From: Tetramitus jugosus | Taxonomy: Eukaryota > Protista > Heterolobosea | DNA: 64,000 nucleotides | Reading direction: 5' to 3' | Assembly: GCA_937625935.1 (NCBI GenBank) | Contig: OW569367.1 | Coordinates: forward strand, 427,108-491,107 | Part shown: positions 45,180 to 56,800 of the stretch, piece after piece | Numbering within the stretch: the stretch's first letter is position 1 | Layout of the letters: every line of letters begins with the position of its first letter | Notes under the pieces: model-generated | The model's database searches: none | What the model was told of the DNA's origin: nothing | What the model saw: the letters and a program-made list of their open reading frames with translations, nothing else | Translations under genes and position numbers: made by a program

Positions 45180-46175
45180 TTAACAAATATTACATTTATT
45201 ACGAGGCGGATTCTTTGTCGTCATGGCCACTGGTCGTTCTTGTTGTTTTGTCGTCCTTCTTGCGGGAGAGAAAGTAGTCAACCGATGAAGGATTATATCA
45301 GACATCATGGAGACATTTTCTGCATTGATCTCGAAGTACTCTATGGGAAGAATTGTGAATTCTCTGGAACAATCCTCCAAATATCTTTCCTTTGTTATCT
45401 TTGCGTCTAACGGCCAAGTACCCACACCGACAATCAATGCAGCCTTACAAAGTGTTCGATATCCTTCTTGACACTTTTGCAATACATCCAACGTAATGGA
45501 CAACGAATTGGTGGTACTACCCAGAGAATAATTCGTTTCATCTAGGGCATCGTTTGTATCTAAAGTAAGGACAATACAGTGAAGCTTCTCATAGTAGAGA
45601 TTCCTTATTGTTTGAAAGCGAGCATGCCCTGAAGAGGAGTATGGCATCAGTATTGAAGTATCAGAGATAATGCTGGGTCTCTTGGATCTCAAATGTACAG
45701 TGGATGAATCATAACCTGATCGACGATAATTGTGCGTTGGTTGATCATCTAGGATCAGCTCTTTGTTCATCAAGCATTTCACAGCCACTTGGTTCATAGG
45801 TCCATCTGGTACCAGGAATCCGACTCGTACACTAACTGGAGTTGGTTCATCACATAAATCTTTATTGCTAGCCACTCGTTCATAGGGAAAAAAATTTCTC
45901 GCATAACAAGCGTACTCTTTCATTTCATGACAACTGCAACTGCAAAAACAATCAAAAGTCTTGAGCAATCCATAATTTCTCTCTGTGAGATGCTGTCCCA
46001 GAGTCGATCGATGACTGACTAGTGTTGGAAAGTCTCGAGCCAAAAGTAATGACCACAGGGAGACTTGAGAACGAATAGTGACATAATTTGAGCGATTTGT
46101 CTGCGAGAAAATGCAAATGTCTGTCGCAGGCATAAAAAGAACCACTTGAATCAACGCATCCAGACACAACAACAT
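45180..46175 (-). CDS. F-box-like + degenerate Ras/Rab-like GTPase domain with a Cys-terminal (prenylation-like) end
   Basis: N-terminal LDALIQVVLFMPATDICIFSQTNR...LWSLLLARDFP; SGHARFQTIRNLYY resembles AGQERFRTITxxYY; YFEINAEN resembles G5; ends KCNIC. Confidence 0.6.
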   Translation of the reverse strand: MLLCLDALIQVVLFMPATDICIFSQTNRSNYVTIRSQVSLWSLLLARDFPTLVSHRSTLGQHLTERNYGLLKTFDCFCSCSCHEMKEYACYARNFFPYERVASNKDLCDEPTPVSVRVGFLVPDGPMNQVAVKCLMNKELILDDQPTHNYRRSGYDSSTVHLRSKRPSIISDTSILMPYSSSGHARFQTIRNLYYEKLHCIVLTLDTNDALDETNYSLGSTTNSLSITLDVLQKCQEGYRTLCKAALIVGVGTWPLDAKITKERYLEDCSREFTILPIEYFEINAENVSMMSDIILHRLTTFSPARRTTKQQERPVAMTTKNPPRNKCNIC

Positions 46176-46434
46176 TTTTGTTCAAATTTTTCAGGAGTTG
46201 CATGTGAAAAAGTCCGACTGTTGTCTGTTCTTCCTCCAAGAAGTTGAGAGAAGATGGGAGATTAGTAAAAAGAAATTGAGATTAGTTAGGAAGATCTGAA
46301 CCTAGAAACCATAATTCGCATGTGCATAACCCATTTGGCACCACCTTGTTTTCACGGCATTTTGTGACATAGCTTGGTCGAATTTTAGTTCCGAGAGCCG
46401 AACACAGCAGAAATCCAAACAACAAGAATCAGCA

Positions 46435-47730
46435 ATGGATAAGAAACACATTAATCTAGTCGTCATAGGCCACGTCGATTCTGGCAAATCGACTACCACT
46501 GGTCACTTGATCTACAAGTGTGGTGGTATAGGTCGGAGCACCATTGAAAAGTATGAGAAGGAAGCTGCTGAAATGGGGAGGGGATCATTCAAGTATGCTT
46601 GGATCATGGACAAGTTGAAAGCTGAAAAGGAAAGAGGAATCACTATCGATATCTCCTTGAGCCAGTTCCAAACTACCAAGTACCGATTCACCATCATTGA
46701 TGCTCCGGGTCACAGAGATTTCATCAAGAATATGATTACGGGTACCTCTCAAGCAGATGCTGCCATATTGATGATTGATTCTACAACTGATGGCTTCGAA
46801 GCTGGTATGTCCAAGGACGGACAAACGAGAGAGCACGCCTTGTTGGCTCAAACACTTGGTGTCAGACAAATGATTGTTTGCTTGAACAAGTTCGACGACA
46901 AGACTGTAAACTACAGAGAAGAGAGATACAACGGAATCGTTAAGGAAGTCGCTTCTTACTTGAAAAAGGTTGGGTACAACCCAAAAGAGGTTCCCTTTGT
47001 TCCAATTTCAGGATGGACCGGTGACAACATGATTGAAAAGGCTACCGACAAAATGCCATGGTACGAGGGACCATGTCTCCTTGAAGCTTTGGACGCTATC
47101 ATCCCACCAAAAAAACCAGCTGACAAACCATTGAGAATACCCTTGCAAGATGTTTACAAGATTGGTGGTATTGGTACTGTTCCAGTCGGAAGAGTCGAAT
47201 CAGGTATCATGAAGACTGGCATGAGCGTGACATTCACTCCGGGTTATCATACTACAGAAGTCAAGTACATTGAAATGTTTCACAATCGAATAGACGAAGC
47301 TGAACCCGGTGATAATGTTGGTTTTACGGTTAGTAATTTGACCTTTGGTGATGTCGAGAGAGGTTTTGTCTGTTCTGATTCCAACAGAGACCATGCGAAG
47401 CAAGCTGAATCTTTTGTTGCTCAAATTATCGTTATGAACCACCCTGGTGTGATCAGAAATGGCTATACTCCAGTAGTGACTTGTCACACTGCTCACATTG
47501 CTTGCAAGTTCGCTGAGATCCAATCCAAGATCAATAGAAGATCTGGTGTGGTCAAGGAAGAACTTCCAAAGTTCTTGAAGAAGGGCGATTCTGGTTTAGT
47601 TAAGATTGTACCACAGAGAGCCATGTGTATTGAATCCTATTCCGAATATCCACCTCTTGGTAGATTCATTGTCAGAGATATGAGACAAACCGTTGCCTTT
47701 GGCATCGTCAAGACTGTCGAAAAGAGGTGA
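46435..47730 (+). CDS. EF1A: Elongation factor 1-alpha, divergent paralog
   Basis: [55 protein letters not shown]. Confidence 0.97.
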   Translation: MDKKHINLVVIGHVDSGKSTTTGHLIYKCGGIGRSTIEKYEKEAAEMGRGSFKYAWIMDKLKAEKERGITIDISLSQFQTTKYRFTIIDAPGHRDFIKNMITGTSQADAAILMIDSTTDGFEAGMSKDGQTREHALLAQTLGVRQMIVCLNKFDDKTVNYREERYNGIVKEVASYLKKVGYNPKEVPFVPISGWTGDNMIEKATDKMPWYEGPCLLEALDAIIPPKKPADKPLRIPLQDVYKIGGIGTVPVGRVESGIMKTGMSVTFTPGYHTTEVKYIEMFHNRIDEAEPGDNVGFTVSNLTFGDVERGFVCSDSNRDHAKQAESFVAQIIVMNHPGVIRNGYTPVVTCHTAHIACKFAEIQSKINRRSGVVKEELPKFLKKGDSGLVKIVPQRAMCIESYSEYPPLGRFIVRDMRQTVAFGIVKTVEKR

Positions 47731-47909
47731 CACTCAGTCCACTTTTCTTGACAAACATTGAAGCATCTATTGTATTGTCGGAAAAAGTCCGATTTTCCAA
47801 CTCGGAGTTATTGCCGAAATCGAATTCCTTTTGTTGTGAATAAAAAGACATCAACAACACCAGCAACTCACACCACCCACACCACCCACACCACCCAACT
47901 TGAAGAAGA

Positions 47910-48695
47910 ATGCAGTTACTTTATTACTTGTCTTTGCTGATCACCACCCTTCTCATTCTATTGTCATTCTCTCATCATGTGACAACTGCCAGTACTTTAT
48001 GCGTGTTGAAAACATCGGCCGGAGACATTAATCTCTCACCTCTCAAATCCTCCAGTTACTATCAAGTAACAGCCGATCATAAAAGTTTCTATGTCAATAT
48101 ATGTGGCAATGCAATCAAATCGTGCAACGGTCAAGACTATGCTTCCATGTATTTTTTGTCGACATCCGACTCTGATTGCTACTACTTGGGTCAGTTGAGT
48201 CAAATGAAGTTGTCTCCATTGAGTACCAGTGATCCCAAGAAGGGTGTTTCTCTCGTCTACGGCGGAGGAAAGACTGTTGTGGGACTCAACAGAAAGACCA
48301 AAATATCGTTAAAGTGCAATCAGAATGTTAAATTGTCGCCTTCTCAGTTGAAGATGACATTTTTGAATGATCATGTGGATGGTACGGATCATTACTTTAA
48401 TTTTGAGATGGAAACAAAGTATGCTTGTCCTGTGAGCAACAGACGACGTGTAGTTGGATTTGGTGGTGCTTTGTTAATTATTCTACCATGTCTATTCTGT
48501 ATCTATATGCTAGTGGGTAGCTTGGTGATGAAGTTTCATTTCAAGAAGGAAGGAACAGACATTATTATACATTATCAATATCTGAAAGAGATTCCATTGT
48601 TAATATGGGAGGGTATTTTGTTTATCAAGGAAGGTGTGATGGCACTGGTGAATAAGGCTTCCGGACGTTCTGGTTATGAGACATTGCAAGCGTGA
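47910..48695 (+). CDS. Mannose-6-phosphate receptor homology (CD-MPR/ATG27-like) type I membrane protein
   Basis: Signal peptide, FYVNIC, YGGG..RKTKISLKC, FEMETKYAC, a TM helix and a YETL sorting motif. Confidence 0.85.
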   Translation: MQLLYYLSLLITTLLILLSFSHHVTTASTLCVLKTSAGDINLSPLKSSSYYQVTADHKSFYVNICGNAIKSCNGQDYASMYFLSTSDSDCYYLGQLSQMKLSPLSTSDPKKGVSLVYGGGKTVVGLNRKTKISLKCNQNVKLSPSQLKMTFLNDHVDGTDHYFNFEMETKYACPVSNRRRVVGFGGALLIILPCLFCIYMLVGSLVMKFHFKKEGTDIIIHYQYLKEIPLLIWEGILFIKEGVMALVNKASGRSGYETLQA

Positions 48696-49042
48696 GCGTA
48701 CGGGATTATGAAAGTTATGATGTTCGTAAATGTTATTTATTTGTGTTTGTTCATCGCACATACACACAATTGAAATAAAAGAGTTGACACCTATATTACT
48801 GTTACTTTGGAGGTTATGCTGAAACCTTTTGGAGGGTCAACAGTTTGTCCTGGTTCCTCTTGGGAAGCGCGAAAGATCTTTGAAGGTGGAACAAATTCTG
48901 GTTGGCCTGAAATCATAGATAACGCGGAAGAGGTCAAAACTATTCTAGACCCATAGACCAGTTCCAAAACTCGAACAACTCCAGGAGAACAGAAACTCAC
49001 ACAACTTGTAACAACGACACAAAAAACAACAAAGCAACATCA

Positions 49043-50554
49043 ATGACCCAGAAAACACTTTGCAGGGACACATGGTCGAAAATCATCGAATTTTGTGACA
49101 CTCGAGAATGGTTACAATTGAGCTATACTTGCAGAGGAATTAATCAATTCAAATTCGATCGACTCCTCATGTCCAACAAGAGAAGGACACTAAAGTCCAC
49201 TTTGGGTTACAACCAGATTACATACTGCTTTCAATTGGGGAAAGGGACACTGTTTAATGTTCACTTGAACAAATATCCCTATATTCTGGATGAACACTTC
49301 CAGTATTTAGAAGGAATTCACACACTAGATATGAATGGTGTCTCTTCCATTACAGACAATGCATTTTCTCATTTAACTGGCATCCACACGCTAGATATGA
49401 GTGTTTGTCAAGTCACAGACAAGGCATTCAGTCATTTGACTGGCATCCACACACTTAGGATGTCTTGTTGCAATTCTATTACAGATAATTCATTTGGCTT
49501 TTTGAAGGGTATTCACACGCTCGATATTAGCTTTTGCCAACAAATCACAGACAATGCACTTTCTCATTTGACTGGTATTCACACGCTCAAAATGAATAAT
49601 TGTCCTCAAATAACAGACAATGCATTGGTTAATTTGACTGGCATTCACACACTACAGATGAGTGGCTGTAGTCAAATCACAGACAGGGCATTCAGCCATT
49701 TGGCTGGCATTCACACTGTCCATATTACTGGTTGCAACCTGATCACCGACGGAGCACTGGTTCATTTGACTGGCGTACACACTCTCCATATGAGGAGTTG
49801 CCCTGGAATCTCTAACAAGGCATTGTCTCGCTTGACCAGTCTTCGCACACTCGATATTAGTGGTTGCCAACAAATCACAGACAGTGTATTTTATCATTTG
49901 ACTGATCTTCACACACTAGATATGGCCTATTGCAATCAACTCACAGATGATGCCTTGTTCCATTTGACTGGACTTCACACACTCAATATGAGTTATTGCA
50001 AACAAATCACAGATAATGGGCTTTGTCAGTTGACTGGTCTGCATACACTAGATATGACTTGTTGTGATCAAGAATCGATTACTGAGAAGGCATTGTTTTG
50101 TTTGAAGAGTCTACGTACACTCAATTGGTTATGTAACGGACGAAATGGATCTTTCATCAAAAAGCTGGTTGAGCATTTTGAGTCCCGACCAACAATTCCT
50201 CTCTCTGGGAATTTTTTGGTTGGTAATTTGTCCAATTTATCTGCCCCATATGGTGGCCCTTATAGTTATTATGGCAATGGTGGCACTTATGGTTATTATG
50301 GAGGTGTCAATGGAGGCGGTGCTGGTTATGGCGTTGGCTACGGTGGTGGCTACGGCGGTGCTAATGGCGTTGGCTATGGCGGTGGCTATGGTGGTTATGC
50401 TGGAAGAGGTGGTCATAGAGGTGGCTATGGTGGCAATGCTGGTGGCTATGTTGGTGGCAATGCTGGAAGAGGTGGTCGTGGAGGTGGCTATGGTGGTCGC
50501 GGTGGAGGCCGTGGTGGTTCTCCCTACACAGTTTACAGTGTATTGAATATGTAA
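49043..50554 (+). CDS. F-box-like + 22-aa leucine-rich repeat protein with a Gly/Tyr/RGG-rich tail
   Basis: About 12 repeats of LTGIHTLDMSxCxQITDxAFSH; N-terminal LCRDTWSKIIEF..LSYTCR; tail GGYGG/RGG. Confidence 0.88.
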   Translation: MTQKTLCRDTWSKIIEFCDTREWLQLSYTCRGINQFKFDRLLMSNKRRTLKSTLGYNQITYCFQLGKGTLFNVHLNKYPYILDEHFQYLEGIHTLDMNGVSSITDNAFSHLTGIHTLDMSVCQVTDKAFSHLTGIHTLRMSCCNSITDNSFGFLKGIHTLDISFCQQITDNALSHLTGIHTLKMNNCPQITDNALVNLTGIHTLQMSGCSQITDRAFSHLAGIHTVHITGCNLITDGALVHLTGVHTLHMRSCPGISNKALSRLTSLRTLDISGCQQITDSVFYHLTDLHTLDMAYCNQLTDDALFHLTGLHTLNMSYCKQITDNGLCQLTGLHTLDMTCCDQESITEKALFCLKSLRTLNWLCNGRNGSFIKKLVEHFESRPTIPLSGNFLVGNLSNLSAPYGGPYSYYGNGGTYGYYGGVNGGGAGYGVGYGGGYGGANGVGYGGGYGGYAGRGGHRGGYGGNAGGYVGGNAGRGGRGGGYGGRGGGRGGSPYTVYSVLNM

Positions 50555-50871
50555 GTAAAGCTCTGATCTCCTCATTGTCTGATGTTCAAAATGAGTGGTG
50601 AGGCTAGCATGCAACTATTCGCTCGTTATACATTCGATCTATGAGATTCATGAACGTTTTCAAAGAGTGTTTACATTCATTCTGTGGAAATCATTCAAAA
50701 GTACCCAGTTTTCAGCCGTAGTGTAATAAATGTTGCTTCGTACGTTTTGTTTCTAGTTTCTGAGCGGATGTATCTTACCTCATATCCAACACAAAAAAAA
50801 CTTCTCCTCAATGCTTCAAGCTCCAGTAAAATGAATCATCAAGTTGTTTATTGTGAACTGGTCTTCATTCT

Positions 50872-53800
50872 TTACACAGCACCAGACTTTGTAGTGTCAG
50901 TGATTGGCACTGGGAATGTGGATGCTGATCTCAAGCCAGTCGTGCATGCAATATTGTTGTAAGACACCGAGTAAAGCATGAAGGTTGTTGCATATGATGT
51001 GGATGCTGTGAGTGGACTGCTGTACACGTAATAGCCATCGCTAGTTTGGAGATAGGTTGGCACAAGAGTTGGAACAGGCAGACTCACAAGAGCAGACACT
51101 GCAGGTCTGAAACTGAAATACTGTGGAGATGCTCCATTCGCATAGAACTTGGTGGAGGAACGAACTACATACTTTTCTGTTTGCAAACTCCACAGAGCAA
51201 ACGATGAGGCGATAGAGCTTTGGGAGTTGACCTTGGTACCAAAGTTACTACACACAACCTGGAACAGAGTTGCTCTACTGTCAGAGGAGTTGAAAGTATT
51301 GGATGTGTATGTCATGGCTGTCGCGCTATCAGTAACATACCACTGATACGTACCTGTGGAGATGCCAATAATTTGACCACAGTAAGCGAAAATATCTGTT
51401 CCTTCAGTGTATGTGTCGCTACCCACAGAAGTATCAACCAAATCACAACTCTGGGATTGAATCGTTGAAACAACAGTGCTGAGTTGGGTCCAATCAACAG
51501 ACAATGACAGGTCCTGATTGTAGGATAAATCACGAATCAGAGCCTTGGCAGTGGGGTTACTCAAGTAAGGTCCAACACCAATCGACATAATTCTCCAGTA
51601 TCCATCAACATTACCTGGCTTTTTGGCATTGATTCTTCTGGCTTCAGATAGTACATCACCACAAGGGTTGCACTTTAGAGGACCGCTTGAGGTACAGTGA
51701 TTGCAATCTCTGGCTGGGTATCTTGTACTCACACAAAGGCTAGGGCTCAAATATGTGGCACTTGAGCATTGAGAACAAGAGCAAGGAGTATTGGGTTCAC
51801 CATCGAAAATAGTAATTATCATCTTTGGCACTGTTGCACCTCTGCTATTTGTTCCCATTAGTACCTTTTCAGCACTGAGGACACCACTTCTAATGTTGGT
51901 AGCTCCAGCAGGGTAAGGCATATTAGCCATAGCATTAGTAATGGTCGTTTTGGATGACGTCAGGGGAAGAATATTGTAAATATTGTTGTCAAACATAACG
52001 ATACCAACTTGGGATTGTGTCGCTCCAGTACCAATATCGAGAGGGGCAACAATCTGCTGGATGAAGCTTCTCATCAGAGCAAAGTTCGATGTACCAATAG
52101 AACCTGATCCATCAATAACGAACACAATATCCAGTGGTAAGGAACAAACACAACCTTGGAATCTGACATTAAGAATGGCGTATCCAACCTGTGAAGGATC
52201 TTGAACGGATTGAATTTGATATCTGAAACGTTGAGTCTGGCATTGACTGGAAGATTGACTCAGCTTCCATGTTCCAGCACTAGGGGAGGTTGGGCTCACA
52301 TTGCCACAGAAGCCGTTTGCTGGAGGTGGACTAGCAGAGCAACCATCTGCAGCGCTAACATAGAATCCAACAAATGCTAGAGTACCACCCAGAGGATCGC
52401 TATCACTACTCATAATGGATGGTTCGGTCATGGTAAAGAAGGCGCCGTCTTGGCTAGTAACTGTGATACTTTGACCAACAGCATTCAATCCAGAGGTAGT
52501 TATGACAACAGTAACAGTGTTGGTGATACTCAGATTGTCGGGATCCGAGGTCATGACCTTGATCTGACATGTTGCGCTAGAGTAGGTATATTGACGAACG
52601 AAGGTAATGATACCATTTGCACTGTTGATCGTCATGGAATCTGCCCCTGTACAGGTATGAGAGACAATACTGAAGGTAACTGTGTCGCCGTCAGGATCAG
52701 CAGCACCAGATGTCGTAGGGTAATTCAATGTGTGAGTTCGAGAATCTCTTCTGGCAAAAACGTTCCAAGTAGTATCGTTGGCAGTTGGTGGTTGACCTGT
52801 GACGGTTATTGCCAAGTTATTGCTTCCTGTAGCACCAACTCCATCTGTTCCAGTGAATGGAACAGTATAAGCAACTTTCACTCCATTTGGAGCAGCAAAG
52901 TTGAAAGTGGTTCCTGATTGAGTCAAACCTGATGGGAGAGTACCGGTGGTAATTGTAATAGGATCATTGTTTGCGTCTGTGCACACAACAGTAACACTCT
53001 TTGATTGTCCCTTTGGTACAGAGAGGGATGCTGGTTGACAAACTGGAGCACTGTTAGTGAAGGCGATTGTAGCTGTTGCGACAACAGAATTCACAAGTCC
53101 ATCATTATACACATATTGGACTTGAATACTTGAAGCAAAGTACTCAGCAATGGAAACAACAACATCATTGCCAGTACCCGCCATCTGACCTCCTGAGATG
53201 ACAGAGAGTGTGAGAAGATCAGAATCACTATCAACTGCTCCAATTTCCAGCAATGAAATTGGTCCAGTCAATGTGTATCTGCTCTGTCCATAAATTCTTG
53301 AGATTGAAATATTCACATTGGGAGCAACAGGAGCGGTATTTGTGAAAGTGATGGAGATTGTTCCTTGAGAAACAACAAGACCATCTGTGACTGTGTATGT
53401 AACAGTAAGACTACCCGTGGCCTTAATTGCATTGCTTGGAGTGAGGGTGATGACTCCGTTTGACACAGTGTACATAGTTGAGCTCAAGCCCACCAATGTG
53501 CTTTGAATACTCAAGTAGTTAGCATCAAGAGGGTCTGCATCGGTTGCATCAGCCTGAGCGGTGAATGTGTACGAAGTACTTGCGGACCAATGAGAGCTTG
53601 AAGAGTAAGACTTTGCAACTGGTGGAGTGTTGAAAACAGTAATGGTTGCTTGTCCAACGGCAGTTTGGATACCATCAGATATAGTGAAGGTAACTACTTC
53701 TACTCCTGTAAAGCTTGAAGGGGGATTATAGGTGAGTGTACTTCCGGAGAAAGAAATCCTTCCAGGGGTCGAACCTTGGTTGGAAGTGACCGATAGAATG

Positions 53801-56800
53801 GTAATGGTATCAGAATCAGTTGGAGTTTGAGCAACCACATACAAAACATTTTTCTGTCTCCAGTGCACAGAATCAGTGATGGTCTTTGCGATAGGAGGCT
53901 CATTAGTAATAGTAACAGTGGCTGTTTGTTGAGCTATTGAAGCTCCATCAGAGACAGTGTAAGCAAAACTGAAGCTGTTTCCAACCAAGGTAGCAGGAGG
54001 AGTACCAGTAAGGTATGCCTTGCCACCAGAAATCACCAAAGAAGATGCAGCATTGGAAGGAGAAACTGATCCTAATGAATAAAGACTCACTGTATCACTA
54101 TTTGCATCAGTCGCTCCGCTAGCAACGTCGAGAAGCAACCCATTCTTGTAAGATGACCAATGTACAGAATAGGTCTGAGAAATTGGTACAGGTGCATCAT
54201 TGGTCACATTTAACGCAGTTAAAGCAGTGAATGATTGAACTAGATCCGTAATAGTGTATGAGAATTGAACAGTACCTGATCCGACATAGTAAAGACCATT
54301 GATAGCAGGTCCCAACAGATAAACAACTTTGCTTGAGGAAAGTGAAACACTTCCTGAACCTGAAACAAGAGCAGTAGATGTTAGAGTGATAGGATCACTA
54401 TCCCCATCACTGGCACTAGATAAAACATCGAATCCTCCGTAAGAAGCAGTCAGAAGAGTACTCCAATGAGCTGAAACAACCCTGTTTGGAGCAGTTGGGG
54501 CAGTATTAGTGATAGTGATGGCTACTGTAATCGTCTGCGTAGTGATAGTATCAGTGTAGGAAACTGCAAAGTTCACAACTCCAATAGTTTTTGCTACAGG
54601 TGTGTATGTAACGTTTTGTTTGTTGGATTGGATTACAACATTACCTGTATAAGCAAGGCTAGACGATACACTTGTCAAGGAGAGCGGATTTACTCCGGTA
54701 ATACCATCAGTAAGATTCAAACTTACTCCACTTTGAATGTCTCTCCAATGGAATGTGTAGAACTTTTGAGAGGGTTGAACAGAAGTATACTTGACAGTGA
54801 TTGCAATTGTGTTGGTTGCATCATCAAGTCCATCGTTGATGGTGTAAGTGAAAATATCTGTTCCAACACTATTGAGTTTTGGTTGATAATGAATCTTGCC
54901 GTTCAAAACAGATGCAGTACCGTTGACAGTTCCTGATGCTTGAATACTCTTGATGTACAAGAATGGAGTATCTTCGGAATCTTTGTCAGTCGCCTGTGCG
55001 ATAACATCGATATCAATACCAGAATTGATATATTGAGGATCCAATGCGAATGCAATGCCTGCAGCTGTAGGTACATTGTTGTACACAGTTACTGAGATGG
55101 AACTAGTGTTCGATGAGGCACCATCACTCAAAGTGTAAGTGAACGAAGCTGCTCCCTTCTTCCAAGTCGCAGTGCTAGAGAATCTTAAAGTTGAAGGAGA
55201 GTTAGAGACAGTGTTCAACACAACTAGACCATTAGTCGGTGAAGTGTATGTCAAGGTCATGGAGTCTCCATCCAAATCCTGCACAGAATTGTAGGGAGAG
55301 AATTCAGTGTACCCTGCCGTTTGGAGAGTTCTCCAATGAATTGTTCTCGATAGTGGAACTGCTGATGGTTTGTTCGCATTTGTAACAGTCATAGAAACTG
55401 TAGCAGGAATTGCAGATTGTTGAGCTCCGTCAGTAATACTGTATGGGAATGAACATGTCCCTAATACAGGAGGAGAAGGCACAGAGAAAATGATGGTTCC
55501 AGCAGTAACATCGACAATACTTGCAGTTCCCACACCAACAGGTGTGACAACTAGTGCAGATGACACAATCTTGACCGGATCACTGTCTGCGTCCACGTCA
55601 TTAGTGAGAACTTGAATTGTTAAACTTCCGGTTCTCCAATGCAAACTGAACGCATCATTATTGGCAACTGGGAGAGCGTTCGTGACTGTCACAGTAACAC
55701 CGCCATCAGTTGCCATACTCCAATCAGAAACTGTGTACTTAAATGTCTCAGTTCCAACAAATGGCTGAGTTGGCACATATCGCACTCCGAGTCTTCCATC
55801 TGAAAGCGTAACTATGCTCGAGTTTCCGTTCTTGGGTGAAGAAACCGATTTGACATACAAAGGATCACTTTGTGCATCGGTATCATTAGCTACTACATCA
55901 ATTGCGACACCTGTACTGATTCTCCAGTGTAGTGTGGCAGCATCTGCATTGGCAATTGGAGCAGTATTAATTACTGAAATTGTGACAGTAGCAGTGTTAC
56001 TGAGATCAAAACTGTCGGTAACACGATAGATGAATGAATCAGTGCCAACAAAACCATTGTTTGGAACATAAAGGAACTTGCTTCCGGACAAAGACAAAGT
56101 TCCACTTGAAGGTTGAGTATAGGTGGAAATTTGAATAGTCTCACCATCAGGATCGTAATCATTATTAAGTGGAGCAAGAGATATTGATCTATTCCAGAAT
56201 GCAGAAAAGGCATCATTCACAGCAACAGGAGGAGTGTTCGTAATAGTAACAGTCACCATAGCAGTACCAGTCATACCGAGGTCATCTGAGACAACATAAG
56301 TGAAATGAACTTGACCAACAGTGGTGTCAGCCTTGAATTGGACTGTTTTCTTATCCGAACTGATGGAAATCACAGAGGAACCGCTGTCTGGACCAGAGAC
56401 CGAAGAAATTGCCATAGGGTCACCATTTGGCTCGAAATCATTGCTCAATACATTAATCGTAACAGCATTCTTCTTAACAACAGTTGCTGTGTCATCATAT
56501 GCAATTGGGGCCTCATTGTAAACATTAATGTAAACACTGGCAGTAGCTATCTTGGATTTTGATGGAGTCATTACAATATCTCTCATGGTGTAAGTGAAGC
56601 TATCAATACCGACAAGTGTTGAAGGAGCAGTGTATCTCAACACCTTGCTGGAAACCATGCTGACTGATCCTCCTTTGGTGGTAGTGATGGATCCTGAGAG
56701 CACAACCTCCATATCATCACCATCGGGATCGACATCATTAGCAATGACATTAACGTCGATATACTTGTTTCTGCTGCAGTTTGCATGATCATTATTGGCA

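Noticed and set aside
47869-47898. (CACCACCCA)x3 upstream of the M6PR-like gene
   Set aside because: Ordinary microsatellite similar to other CA-rich 5' leaders in the window.
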